From positions 13,268,001 through 13,332,000 of the forward strand of contig JAGIQG010000028.1 of the NCBI GenBank assembly GCA_024679065.1: 64,000 nt of DNA, read 5' to 3'. A program made the position numbers and the translations under genes. Within the stretch, counting starts at the first letter, position 1; each line of letters starts with the position of its first letter. Shown here in pieces: positions 25,337 to 38,879 of this stretch. This DNA is from Sphyrna mokarran. Its lineage: Eukaryota. Under the pieces are notes generated by a model. That model was not told the origin of the DNA and did no database searches. It worked only from the letters and a program-made list of their open reading frames with translations.

Positions 25337-26150
25337 CAGATCTCAAACAATGACGAAACAGAATATAGGAAAAAGATAGAGATTCTGGTGAACTGGTGCA
25401 ATGACAGTAATCTCTCCCTCAATGTTAATAAACTGAAGGAGATTGCTTCCTGAAGTCAGTGACATTGAGGAGAACATGCCACTGCCTGTTCAATGGGAAC
25501 GAAGTAGAAATGGTCAAGAACTTCAGGTTTTTAGATGTCCAGCTCACCAACAACATTACCTGGTCCCCCAATGCTGACCCTATACGTAAGACAGCCCACC
25601 AATGCCTCTACTTTCTCAGAAGAGAAAGGAAATTGGCATGTCCGTTACGACTTTCACCAACATTTGCAGATACACTACAGAAAGCATTCTTTCTGGTTGT
25701 ATCGCAGCTTGGTATAGTTCCTGCTCTGCCGAAGATCACAAGAAACTACAAAGGGTCGTGAACATAGCCCAATCCATCATGCAAACCAGCTTCTCATCCA
25801 TTGAGTTTTTCCATACTTCCCACTGCCTCAGCAAAAAAAGCCAGCATAATTAAGGACCCCAAACTTCACAGACATTCTCTCTTCCACCTTCTTCCGTTGG
25901 GAAAAAGATACAAAAGTTTGAGACCGACCGACTCAAAACAGCTTGTTCCCTGCTGCTGTCAGACTTTTAAATGGACCTACCTTGCATTAAATTAATCTTT
26001 CCCTCCACCCTAGCTATGACAGTAACACTACATTCTGTACTCTCTCGTTTCCTTCTCTCTGTATGGTATGCTTTGTCTGTATAGCGCACAAGAAACAATA
26101 CTTTTCACTATATACCAATAAAAGTGACAATAATAATTAAAATAAAATGA
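25337..26150 (+). mobile_element. Rex1/Babar-type LINE 3' fragment
   Basis: NGNEVEMVKNFRFLDVQLTNNITW...KTAHQCLYFLRR and TESILSGCIAAWY (post-RT region), then the shared 3' UTR. Confidence 0.8.
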
Positions 26151-26554
26151 AAAAATGATTCCTGAGCCAAATAAATAGATCGTGGAAAACTGGCCAAAAG
26201 TTTGGCTGAAGAATTGGGTTTGAACGATGGTCTTAATGGAAGTAATGAAGGTGGACAGATAGCAGGTTTTGGTGAAGAAATCACAGGCAAATAAATCCTA
26301 TTCCAACATCCAGACAACTGGCTATAGAATAGAGATCGTCATACCTTCCCAGCTGAAACTCTTTGGTGTCTAATGACTTCAGCTTTGGTCTGCTTAGGCC
26401 GATGATGAGTAAGAAGTTTCACAACGCCAGGTTAAAGTCCAACAGGTTTATTTGATGGCACAAGCCACTAGCTTTTGAAGCTACAGACTAAAGGCCTATG
26501 GAGCCACCAACTTCACCTTTGTGAAGTTGGGTTGTCAACTATTGGCCATATATG

Positions 26555-26965
26555 AGGAGGTGATGGCTTAGTAGTATTACTAATAATAGTAATTATTATT
26601 ACTATAATAATATACTAATCTACTAATCTAGATATTGACTAGTACTACTAGACTACTAATCTAGAAATTCAGAAAACGTACTGGGGATCTGAGTTTGATT
26701 CCCACCACAGAAGATGGTGGAATTTAAATTGACTGAAAAAAATCTGGAATCAAAAATTTACTGATGACCGAGAAACCTTTGTTCATTGTCAGAAAAATTC
26801 ACCTGGTTCACTAATGTCCTTCAGGACAGGAAATCTGCCATCCTTACCTGGTCTGGCCAACATGTGACTGCAGAACAACAGCAATATGATTGATTTTCAA
26901 CTGCCCTCGGGATGGGCAATAAATGCTGGCCAGCCAGCGACACTCATGTCCCATGAACGAATTAA
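26555..26965 (+). mobile_element. Second tRNA-derived SINE family, with a TAA/TAG low-complexity expansion in the head
   Basis: ggaggtgatggc.tagt head, ccttacctggtctggcc core, gggcaataaatgctggcc tail. Confidence 0.7.
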
Positions 26966-27137
26966 AAAACCCTGATCTTGGGTGTATTCAATGCAATGTG
27001 TATAAACTCCACTCTCAGCAGTTCGCCCTGAATGTCAGATGATTACTCAAATGACTAAGAACCATTGTGTAAATAAAAAAAAAATTCCCACCTTCATTGT
27101 GTGCAGCCCTGATCCTGCCAGCTCATAGTTTCCTACA

Positions 27138-27440
27138 TGGCACGGTGGCACAGTGATTAGCACTGCTGTCTTTCAGTGCCAGGAACCCAGGTTCGTTTCC
27201 CAGCTTGGGTCACCATTTATGTGGAATTTGCATGTTCTCTCTGCATCTGCGTGAGTTTCCTTCCACAGCCTAAAAGATGCGTGGGTTAGATGGATCGGCC
27301 ATGCTAAATTGCCCCTTATTGTCTGGGAACTAGTTAAGGTAAATGCATGAGGTTATGGGGATGGGGTCTGGTTGGGATTGTGGTTGGTGCAGGCTTGATG
27401 GACTGAATGCCTCCCTTCTGTACTGCAGGATTCTTTGATT
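27138..27440 (+). mobile_element. HE1/V-SINE, tail a
   Basis: Head-core-tail similarity. Confidence 0.85.
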
Positions 27441-27855
27441 TTCCATGATGTATAATCACAGCTGAGAATATTGTTCTGGGTTTACCTTGAAGGGTTAAAT
27501 TTTGGAGTTCAGTTCTCACACTCAAGTATGAAAATACAGGCTCAGAGGCAGTGGGAAAGAGTGAGAACACTTTACGTTCCACACATTCTTGCTTCAGTCA
27601 GTTCAACATTTCAATCCTTATACAACAGCTGTGTCCCTTTAGATTACAGGAATTACATCTTCTGTGAACTCCCCTCCTTCCAATCTTCCTCCAACCAAGA
27701 GACAAATAACCCCATGAAAATATTTCCCTTCCGCAATTACTAATACATTCCTGTCATCATTAGAAGTCTAATATTAATCGTCTTAGATTGTTGGATTCTT
27801 TGCTGTCATCATCTTTGATAGAATGTTATCTTTACACAGGTCTGTCCTTTCTACA

Positions 27856-28132
27856 AAGTTAAAGTTTATTTATTAGTCACAAGTAGGCTTACATTAACAG
27901 TGCATTGAAGTTACTGTGAAAATCCCATAGTCGCCACACTCTGACACCTGTTTGGGTAATGAACCCAACCAGCACATCTTTTGGACTGTGGGAGGAAATC
28001 GGAGCATCCGAAGGAAACTCATGCAGACATGGAGAGAACATGCAAACTCTGCCCAAAGGGTGACCCAAAGCAGGAATTGAACCCGGATCCCTGGCACTGT
28101 GAGCCAGCAGTGCTAACCACTGTGCCACCGTG
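27856..28132 (-). mobile_element. HE1/V-SINE, tail b
   Basis: Head-core-tail similarity. Confidence 0.85.
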
Positions 28133-28745
28133 CACAACTAAAGTGGTTGCCTGCAACTTCTGGACAGAAAATGTCATGTAAAGGCCAAAGGTTTCCTTCT
28201 CCAAAGGTGCATATTATCCAGAGGAGCTGGAGTTTGCTGCCCCAATTTTCAAGTATTGTGGAGGCAACCCATGGCTTGGAGGTTGGCTACATACAGACTA
28301 CCCTCACTAGAAAGACCCATGCTGTGGCCATCTGCAATTCAGGGTCTCGCCAAGAGCAAAGAACATAAATCCAACATTCAATGGTGGAAAGATGAAGAAG
28401 TCGTGAATGATTTGTCCATTTTTGCATTATGTTCTGCCTCACAAAGGTCCTAACTGAAAGGGGAGGCGAGATGGTGGTCTAGTGTTATCATCACTGGACT
28501 GGTAATCCAGAGATTCAGGGTAACGCTCTGCGGACCTGGGTTCAAATCCCACCGCAGTATATGGTGAAATATGAATTCAGTAAAAATATGGAATTAAAAA
28601 GTCTAATGATGACCATGAAACAATTTCATAAAAATGCATCTGGTTCAGCAATGTCCTTTAGGGAAGGAAAACTGCCATCCTTACCTGGTCTGGCCTACAT
28701 GAAAGTCCAGAGCCAAAGGTTGGCTCTTACTTGCCTTTTAAAAAA

Positions 28746-29540
28746 GAGTACAGGATTGAGATAGAAAATCTGGTGAATTGGTGCAGTGACAATAGTCTCT
28801 CCCTCAACTTCAACAAAATGAAGGAGATTGTCATTGACTTCATGGAGCATAGTGGAGAAGATGCCCCTGTCTACATCAATGGAAACAAAGTGGAAAGGGT
28901 CAAGAGCTTCAAGTTTTTAGGTGCCCAGATTACCAACAACCTATCCTGGCCACACCCCTATATCTATACCATAGTTAAGAAAGCCCACCAGTGTCTCTAC
29001 TTTCTCAGAAGACTAAGGAAATTTGGCATGTCAGCTATGACACTCACCAACTTTTACAGATACACTATAGAAAGCATTCTTTCTGCTTGAATCACAGCTT
29101 GGTATGGCTTCTACTCTGCCCAAGACCACAAGAAACTACAAAAGGTTGTGAATGTAGCCCAATCCATCATGCACTCCAGCCTCCCATCCATTGACTCTGT
29201 CTACACTTCCTGCTGCCTTGGCAAAGCAGCTAACGTAATTAAGGACCCCATGCAGCCTGAACATTTTCTCTTCCACCTTCTTCCATCAGGAAAAAGATAC
29301 AAAAGTCTGAGGTCACGTATCAACTGACTCAAGAACAGCTTCTTCCCTGCTGCCATCAGACTTTTGAATGGACCTACCTTGCATTAAATTGATCTTTCTC
29401 TATATCCTTGTTATGACTATACATTACATTCTGCACTCTCTCGTTTCCTTCTCTATGAACAGAATGCTCTTTATCGCACACAAGAAACAATACTTTTCAC
29501 TGTATGTTAATATATGTGACAATAATAAATCAAATCAAAT
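28746..29540 (+). mobile_element. Rex1/Babar-type LINE 3' fragment inserted into a tRNA-SINE (28460-28738 and 29545-29612)
   Basis: ORF 28731-29090 LVNWCSDNSLSLN..K.KEIVIDF...KFLG..ITNNLSW...KKAHQCLYFLRRLRKF; (aaatc)n tail. Confidence 0.85.
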
Positions 29541-31558
29541 GGATGGCAATTAGAGATGGGCAATAAATGGTGACCCAACCAGAGTTGTCCACATTCCATA
29601 AATGAATTTTAAAAAACACACATGACCCTTGAGCCACTATGCTTGATTTCCCATTGACACAACAGAATTAATCTTAGAGTAGCTTCTGTTAGGTGGATTG
29701 CAGCCAAGGCTAAAGAAATCCCACCTACCCCTTACAATAGTGTGGGTGGGGCTGGAGGGAGGTGGCCATGGGAAAGGGGAAGAAGGGTACCTATATCCAT
29801 CGAATGTAAGAACGTCTTATGGATGCAGGGCTTGCGCTCTGGCTTGTGCTCGTCCAGGCTACCTGAATTGAAACTCAAACCCCTCACCTCTGAGGCACAT
29901 TGACACTTCGATTAAGCTAAAGGCTAACTCTGCTTTTTGTTAAATTTAAGCATGGGATGAGAACATCACTGGCAAGGTCAGCACTTATTGCCCATCCCAA
30001 GTTGGCCTCGAGAAGCCAGTAGTTAGCCATCTTCTTGAACCGTTGCAATCCACGTGGCATAGGTAGACCTACAGTGCTCTTAAATAACAAATAACATGGT
30101 GTTTTCAAATATACGTGGTGGGATTTTACAGCCTCGCTCAATCTGAGAGCGTATCGCCCGAGATCAATGGGAATTTCTATTGTCCACCCTTGGCCCGCTC
30201 CGATTGCATTGCAGGCGGATGGTAGAAATACAGTGAAAGTTTCCACTGTGTGGTATGTGTATACATAAATGCATGTTTGTAAGCAAAAACATACTTGCAT
30301 GGTCAGTCACTACTTCAAAAATAAACTTGTTTGGTTGTTTCTGTTTGCCAGTAGGCATTTGTTAGTTCTTCTTGGGTATATACAATAATTATTTGTGTTA
30401 CCATCTCCCTATCTCGCTGTATGCATGTTAATGTCTGTATTTGTAATTGTTTTTATTTACTTTAAGTGTCTTGCTGACTGTACACAAATTATGGTAGTTC
30501 TGCCTTTTAAAGAGCCAACACAGGGACGATTATCTAAATGGCCTCCCTCTGTGCCATCTGGTTGGTGTTTGTGGGTATATGTGTACACATCCATCTGGAA
30601 GTACCCTGAAGCTCATGGACTTGAGAAGTTGTGGTGAGTTTTACCCTCCCACCCGCCACAGGAATCGGAGCGAGTGAGGGACAGACTATGGAAAGTCTAA
30701 TGATGCCTGGCAGGATGTTCCAGTTTTGGGACGAACGAGACTGGAAAATCCTACCTGCTAGTTCTGACTATCTCTCTATTGATGCTGCCTGACCTGATGA
30801 GTGTTTCTAGCCTTTCTTCTTTTATCCCATCCGTACATATGTTTATCTCACTGTACCAATTGTATCTGTACTGTCTGTATGTATGTATATTGGTATCTGG
30901 CAACATATGTATGCATTGAGGCTGAATTTAATTTTCTCCCTTCTGGCAAGTCTGAAGAGGCTGGGGCAGAAAGTGTGGAGCCTGCCTCCTTCCTGACACT
31001 GCTCTGATTAAGTCTGTATAGACAGCCCTCCTGTCCAACTGCTAATTAAGCCCTTAATTGGGAAATTATTGCTCTCTTAAGGTCCTCATTCTGCCACCAT
31101 TATCGACCCAGTGGTAGATGGGGGACTTATCATTTGTACATCCAAAAAACAAACCCTCTTGGGGTTTCATGGCCTCAAGAAGGGGTGCCTCATTCAAAGA
31201 CACTCAGTACCTCATTGAGGGACTCAGCATCTCCCGGTGCCGACCATCTCCCCCTTCCCTTATGAGCCCCATTCTGCCTGGGCCTCTTGGTGATCCTGGA
31301 CTTCAGGGTTTGGCATTACCATCAGCAGCCAACATTCCAGTTGCCAATTTCTGATTGACCAGGGGTGGTGGGATTTCCAATCTTCGGGTCAAAGGCCACT
31401 GCTATTCATTTAACTGCTCAGCTGGTGAACATGAGAAGTCATTGCCTTCATTTAATACAGCCCTGTGTGGGTCTGCATTTCTCATTATTAGACTGTATCT
31501 ATGTCTGTTTGTATGTGTGTTTGTGTGAGTACATGCATTGGTGTCTATGTATATATAC

Positions 31559-32498
31559 TGTAATGATTCTGTGCTTTTAAGAAATGTATTTGTGTCATGG
31601 TTCTTGTGAAAAATATGGTTAAAATTCAATTCTGGTTTACAGTGCTGATTAGTCTATTTCAGACAACTTATAGACTAGGAATGTGAAGAATAATTGGTCT
31701 TAGATATAATATACTTATTTTTATCTGAGCTAATGCAGTTTTATTTATTTTTTTGGGTTATCTCCAGGGTCTTAGAGTAGGGTTTGTTTTAGATGATTGA
31801 CAGAGACCAAGTCATGTGCTAATGGGAAGAGTTGCCTACAGAGAAAGGCAGGCAGTTTTCTGCTTGAATCTGCATGGAGCAGGAGTTCTTTTCTCTCTCT
31901 CTCTCTCCCTTTCTCTGGAAACAGCAGCTTGGGATAAGCTATAAATTAGATATCTCCCTCTAGGGATGTTCTGAAGGTGGAGGACTGCCAGCCAGGATAC
32001 TACCAGGAGCGGCATGGTGGCACCGTGGTTAGCACTGCTGCCTCACCGTGCCAGGGACCCCGGTTCAATTCCCGGCTTGGGTCACTGTCTCTGTGAAATT
32101 TGTACAATCTCTCTGTATCTATGTAGGTTTCATCTGGGTGCTTTAGTTTCCTTTCAAAGTCCAAAAATTTGTGAATCAGATGGATTGGCCATGCTAAATT
32201 ACCCCTTAGAGTCAGGGGGGCTAGCTGGGTAAATACATGAAGTTATGGGGATAGGGCCTGGGTGGGATTGCGATCAGTATAGACCGAACGGGCCAAATAG
32301 CCTCCTTACGAAACCAACACATAAGCCTACTGTTTGTTAACTGATCCTGGTTGTAACTACTGATGTAATGATGGTAAAATGTCATGTGATTAAGATTAAG
32401 TAACTGAAATCTGGAGGGAAGCAGAAATACAACCTTGTATAGAGTTAATGTGATATACTGAAATCTGTCAATAAATAAGAAATGTTTTAGGAATAACA
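31559..32498 (+). mobile_element. LTR-like element with a nested HE1 SINE (32006-32306)
   Basis: Start tgtaatgattctgtgcttttaagaaatgtatt resembles 23206; shared agagtagggtttg motif. 3' end uncertain. Confidence 0.45.
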
Positions 32499-35400
32499 GT
32501 TGCCAGCAGCGTTCTTAGACAAACCATAAAGATGCCGAATTCATGACGAGATACAGTGGCAGTGGACAGAGCATAAAAAAGACCCAGACAAACTCCTAGT
32601 AATGACTTCAAACCTGAAAGAACTTGGAAAAAGGACAAGAGGCAAAAAGATTGAATATTCACCGAAGAACAGAGTATTGTGGGTGCAGCAGATGTAAGGT
32701 CACCACGGTCGCAATGTCCAGACAGCAGAGAGTACAGATCAAATCACTGATTCACTCAATTCACTGAAGCAGCAACAGCTCCAGAGCTTAGGAGAAGCAG
32801 AAAACCTACATTGGCACTCCCAGAACATTTCAGAAGAGCTGAAGGTTTAGAATGGGTTTTCAGTGCTCAAAAAAATCATCATCATGAACAAGCAAAGTTT
32901 AAGAATATTTCACTGTTTATTGAATGGTCACATTATTGTCTTGTCTTTGCTAATCTGTGTGCAGCATGGCTAAACTTGAAAGCTCATCCAACTAATTAAA
33001 TCACCCAGCACACTATGTTTCCCACTCTATGAAATTCTTCCATGTGTATATTGGACTCTGTAACGAGATGGCTGAGTATGTGAATGAGATTGGTATGTGA
33101 ACGTAAGTGTGCATGTGTACGTATTGGTGTCTGTCTGGGTCCATCAGTATGTTTGCACATAGGATTTTTTACGCAGTGTTTCCCACAGCGATTTCACGCC
33201 TCAGCAAGTGTTGGTTGGCTTCAGACAGGCCTGCCACCTTGCTTCAAGAGAAAGGCCTCTTTCTAGTCCTTGCAGTGCCAGAAATCGTCAGTGGACAGTG
33301 TTGGGCTTGCAACAATGCTTGGAGCTTAAATCCAGAGAGTCCAGGACCCGGTCAGTGTGGAGGGTTTCAGGGTGGGGAGGGATGATGAGGCTCAGGAAAT
33401 AGGCAGAGGGGGCTGGGGACATTGATGGAGAGGTCAGGGATGGGGTGGGTGACCTGCAAGTGCTAGACTTCTCAGCAGGGATGCCCAATGTTGAAAGAGG
33501 CTGCTGATGATGGCACCCTCAACCCTCTTCTCGCCCAAGGCCTGAAATAATTCATTCCTGGGCATCCCCCTTACGCTAGACTCTTCCCTCCAGCCTGACG
33601 TTTGAGGCTGGGTGGAAAATGGTCCTTGATAATTAGGCATTTAAAAACCTCATTTGAGTAATGACAGGAGTGCTGGTCTAAACCTTGCCCGTCCAAGTGT
33701 AGAATTGAGGAGAAGTCAGGACAGGTAAGGAGCCAGTGGAAAGACTGTTCAGTGTGTACTGGTGTCTGCGTCTGTGTACATGTCTATATTAATGTCTATC
33801 TGCGTTTGTATGAGTGTCTGAACATCTGTGTAGTACTTGGTGGTTAACCAGTATGTCAAGTTTGCTCTGTTTCTTGTGATGAGTGGTAGGACACTATGTA
33901 ATTAGCTAAACCACAAGGAATTAAAACAGCCTATTTCAGAAAAACAGCTATTCATTTTCAATGGGAAGGTGTGGCTTGTAAGAAATTATACTTCAAAGGC
34001 AATAATATAGTCGTACAGAATGTTCAGTTACGCAGTAATGACTAGTCAGCCCACGTGACTAATCTGAGAACATCAGGAAGTTACAATGGAACAGGAAATA
34101 GCTGGCTTGTATCTTCCCTTGCAGCAACCTGCACCCTGGGAATTCTCTTTCAATCTGCACCAGGTCAGCTGGCATTGCTAACCTGGACTGATAACATCTA
34201 AAAAATTATACCATTTGCCAGACCAGAAGATCCCACCAGTGTGAAGAGCCAGACAATGGTGCTCTGTGTCTGATAAAATCAGCAAAGACCAGAGACATGG
34301 CCTTTCCTTTACTCAGACTGTGGCACAATTACACCTGGAGACCAGCTGTGTTAGTCCATCGTACTCTGCTTTGTCCTAATGCCAGCAAACCTTTACAATA
34401 CACTTTGTTAGCTCTTCTTAGTGGGCAACTGACGTTCTACAGAGCAGAAAGCACAGGTTCAACCCTTAATCTGAATTTTGAATTGCAAACACCATTGAGT
34501 TAGAGAGATGGGAAAATCAGCCAGATATTTAACTTCTGACCATTCTGTAGGTATTCCTTATAGCCCCCAGAATACGAGATAACGGATGTGTTAAACTGGG
34601 AGCTAAATTTATACATTATGGACAAGTTGGGCTGAGGGGCCTGTTTCTGTGCTCTATATCCCTATTATAGCTCCCAGCAAGAGCGCTTTAACAGGATGAG
34701 GATGCAGAGGACATGGATCAGCCTGCTACATAGGTTAAAATGATATTATCAATGGATTCTAACCAAAACACTGTTCACCAATTGCTCTTGTGCTTGCTGA
34801 CTACATCAGCTCTCAGTTAAGCAAGTCTTGATATTAAAATTCTCATCCTTGTTTTAAAATCCCTCCACCACCTTTGGAAGCATGGAAAATCCAGCCCTAT
34901 ATAAATGCAAGTTGTTGTTACTGTTGAAGGCAATGTAGAAGATAGAAACGCTTCAGCACAAATATGAAGGGAGCTGGCAGTATGCCCTCGTGTGTCTGTT
35001 CTCATGTGTCAGTTGGCAGTACAGGCTGACTTTCAAAAAACCAGCACAGTGCAAAAGTAAAAAAAGAATGGCACAAGTGACGAGCTCCAAAGTTTTGCAT
35101 CTTCATAAGTTCATAAGATATAGGAGCAGAATTAGGCCATTCAGCCCATCAAATCTGCTCCACCATTGGCTGATATGCTCCTCATCCCCATTTCCCTTTC
35201 TCCCCATAAATCTTTAAAAAAGAGTGTAAATGAATGGGGGATTGCAGGGTCAGAATTGTTCTCAACAGCGCAGAGGGCAGGTAACAACAGGAAATTAAAG
35301 GTATTTCATAAAAGATCTGGTGGTTTTTTTAATGCAACAAACTGGTATGATCGGAAATGCGCTCCCTGAAGCAGATTAAATAATGACTTTCAAAAGGGTA

Positions 35401-35991
35401 TTGAATGTATTTTTGAAAAGGAAAAACCTGCAGGGGTTTGGAGGAAAAAGCAGGCGAGTGAGACTAATTGGGAAACTCTTTTTCAAAGAATCGACACAGG
35501 CACAAAGGGCCGAATGGTCACCTTCTGTGCTGTATCATTCTTGAACAGATGCCTCATGAGAAATGACCTAAAGGGTTGAGAGACCCTTGGCTTTGAGTTT
35601 GAGTCAGTGACTCGATACAATGGACGGTGCTGGGTCTCTCCAACGTCTGTTCGGTGGAGATAATGAAAGACAGCTGGATATGCCAGAGTTCAGAACATAG
35701 CTGTTGAGGCCTGCCTGTAAGTTAATTATATAGCCACAGGGAGCGGGAGAGCTTCAAGCAGAGTTGTAAGAAAGGAGACTCCAAAGCACGAGTCTGAGCT
35801 TTCTTGATATAATGCCCGAGTCACACCGGCAATCAGAAAACAATGCAGTTCAAATTTCTCACACATTCCAGATGTAAATGACAATACTAAACTGTGGCTG
35901 GAGAGAGTGAACTGGATGTGTACAAATGCTAAATGTTCCTGAATCCAATTCAAAATATTTCCCCTGCTTGTTTCCCACATCTGTTTAATTC

Positions 35992-36302
35992 ACAGAATCA
36001 TAGAATTCGTACAGTGCAGAAAGAGGCCATTTGGTCCATTGAGTCTGCACTGTACAGAATCCCAGCCAGGTTCTATCCTTGTAACCCCACATATTTATCC
36101 TGCTGATCCCCTTGACACTACGGCCACAGCCAATTAAACAAACCGGAACATGGTTGGACTGTGGGGAGGATAACAGAGTACCCTGAGGAAACCCATGCAG
36201 ACTCAGGGAGAACATGCAGACTCCGCACGGGCAGTGATCCAAGCCAGAATCGAACCTGGGTCCCTGGCACTGAGAGGCAGCAGTGCTAACCACTATGCCG
36301 CC
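35992..36302 (-). mobile_element. HE1/V-SINE, tail a
   Basis: Head-core-tail similarity. Confidence 0.85.
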
Positions 36303-36729
36303 CAGTTGTTGACAGACTGCAATGATGTCACCAATCCGTACATAATTTGAGTTCAAGGTCTGAGGCTAACTAAAGACTCCATAAATTAATGTGAATTGGT
36401 TAATGTTGCATTGGACACCACTCAGATTGCCCATTACAGAGAGATGCAAGATATCACCCCTCCCTGCAGTTCCTTTGACAATTATCTTAAATAGGCGTAT
36501 GATATTTATTTCACCCTATCGTTTCTTCTCATCAAAAATATTGTAATAATGACCGATTCCTGGTACAGTGCCTAGAAGAAATCTGACTCCAAACAACAAA
36601 AATAGCAAAATCCATCCTCCTTCCCATATCCTTGACATAGTGGAATTAAGAGGGTAATTTTAACCTAATCAGCCCAGTGGGATTGAGTTGAATGTTTGTT
36701 TTACACATCTCCTGAGTTTATTTTATTTT

Positions 36730-37450
36730 AAAGTTTATTTATTTATTAGTCAATAGTAGGCTTACATTAACACTGCAATGAAGTCACAAGTAAGCTTACA
36801 TTAACACTGCAATGAGTTTACTATGAAAATCCCCTAGTTGCCACACTTTGGCACCTGTTTGGGTACACTGAGGGAGAATTTAGCACAGCCAATGGACGTA
36901 ACCAGAACATCTTTGGACAGTGGGAGGAAACTGGAGCACCCAAAGGAAACCCACACTGACACGAGGAGAATGTGCAGACTCTGCACAGAAAGTAATCTAC
37001 GGTGGCAATGTGGTCAGTACTGTTGCCTCATAGCACCAGTGACCTGGGTTCAATTCCCAGCTTGGGTCAGTGTCTGTGTGAAGTCTGCATGTTCTTTCCA
37101 TGTCCGGATGGGTTTCCTCTGGGTGCTCCGTTTTCCTCCTACAGCCTGAAAGACATGCTGGTTAGGTGCACTGACCCGAACAGGTGCCAAAGTGTGGCAA
37201 CTAGGGGAATTTCACAGTAACTTCATTGCAATGTTAATGTAAGCCTTACTTGTGATTAATAAATAAACTCTAACCCAAGCTGGAATCAAACCCATGGGAC
37301 ACTGTGAAGCAGCTGTGCTAACCTCTGTGCCTTGGAAACCCACAAAGACATAGGGAGAACGTGCAGATTCTGCACAGACAGTGACCCAAGCCGGGAATCG
37401 AACTCAGGTCCCAGGCGCTGTGAGGCAGCAGTGCCAATCACCGTGCTACC
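36730..37450. mobile_element. Nested HE1 SINE cluster: minus copy interrupted by a plus copy (37000-37268), followed by another minus fragment
   Basis: The minus SINE breaks at ctgcacaga and resumes at acccaagctggaatc; tail segment duplicated at ~36760-36815. Confidence 0.8.
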
Positions 37451-38429
37451 CAAGTGTATTTTCTGGTGAAATTAAAGGAAAATAAAATGGAGGGAATGTA
37501 AAGTTGAATGGGGTGTAAAACTAGCATTCAATCTATTTCCTGCCAGATTGTTTAGGTTAAAATTACTTCCAAAAATTAATCTCTGACTTTGACTCCTTAA
37601 TTGCCATTGGTCTTTAAGCTGTGAACTCTGCACTTTCCTTATTCTTCCCACCAATTCCTTCAGTGGGAGGAGGGTGGATGGGAACACCAGAGTGAGAGTT
37701 TGGTGTGAGTCAAGGTTACGTAGGGTGGAATGAAGAGGTCAGGCAGACAAACGTTGGAAAAGTAATAGTTGGAAGACCTGGCATCATTGACAACTCTCCA
37801 ATCTGAAAAAGTGAGCAACGGAAGAGAGAAGAAGGGAAACAAGGAAAAATTATAGCTTCTCTACTGTATTGAACTGAATTAAAATTCTCAAACTACCCTG
37901 GTGAGATTTGTTCTCCACTATCTTGATTATTATTCCCATTAACAAAACCCCTACACCACTGTATGAGCACTCCGGCAGAATTATAAACCTAAGATAACCT
38001 CAGGGCAGGCCATTTCTTTATTTCTAATTCAGGCATCAGTTCCCAGCTCCGGGATCAAGAATGAGCTCCAGTCAGAGGTATCTCAAGACTTCTCTCTTCT
38101 AAATTAGCCTTTGAACTTGAGCATTTACACTGGAGAAATCGAGATGATTTAATCACATCACATTGGGTTGTGGGGCACTCCTCCTGTGAGGAACGTAACA
38201 TCAAGGCTACAAGTCCATAGTCAAGCCCTTTCATTTGGAACTACTGAAATAAGCTCTTACTTAGCCCATTGAACACTAACCTGCTAATTTGCGGCATGAT
38301 TATACTCCTCTAAACGTATGCTTTAACCATGTGTAACAGCTTGAACCAAAAGGCAACTAGTTCAAAGAGTAGAAGTGTGGGATTTTCAGATTGGTCAATT
38401 GTTTTGATATTCAAGTTTTGAATCAAAGC

Positions 38430-38640
38430 ATGGGTCACTGTCTGCATAGTCTCCCTGTGTCTGCGTGGGTTTTCTCCAGGTGCTCCAGTTTCTTCCGAAA
38501 GATGTGCCGGTTAGGTGCGCAGCCATGCTAAATTCTCCCTCAGTGTACCCGAACAGGCACCACAGTGTGGCGACTAGGAAATTTTCATAGTAGCTTCATT
38601 GCACTGTTAATGTAAGCCTACTTGAAACACTAATAAACTT
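38430..38640 (+). mobile_element. 5'-truncated HE1/V-SINE, tail b
   Basis: Core plus tail b. Confidence 0.8.
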
Positions 38641-38879
38641 TTTAACATTCACTTTGTAATTTTTAGAAGAAGGAAGTTTCACTCCTTTTCTTGTGAGATA
38701 CATCTGACTGGACCAATGATGCCTGAATTAAAAATAAAGAAATGGCCTATCCTGTGTATGAAGTTCAGGTTTACAACTCTGCCAGAGCACTCATACAGCA
38801 ATGTACGGGTTACGTTAATGGAAATAAAAATCAAGACAACGGAATTCAAATCTCATCAGGATTACTTAAGAAATTGAAT

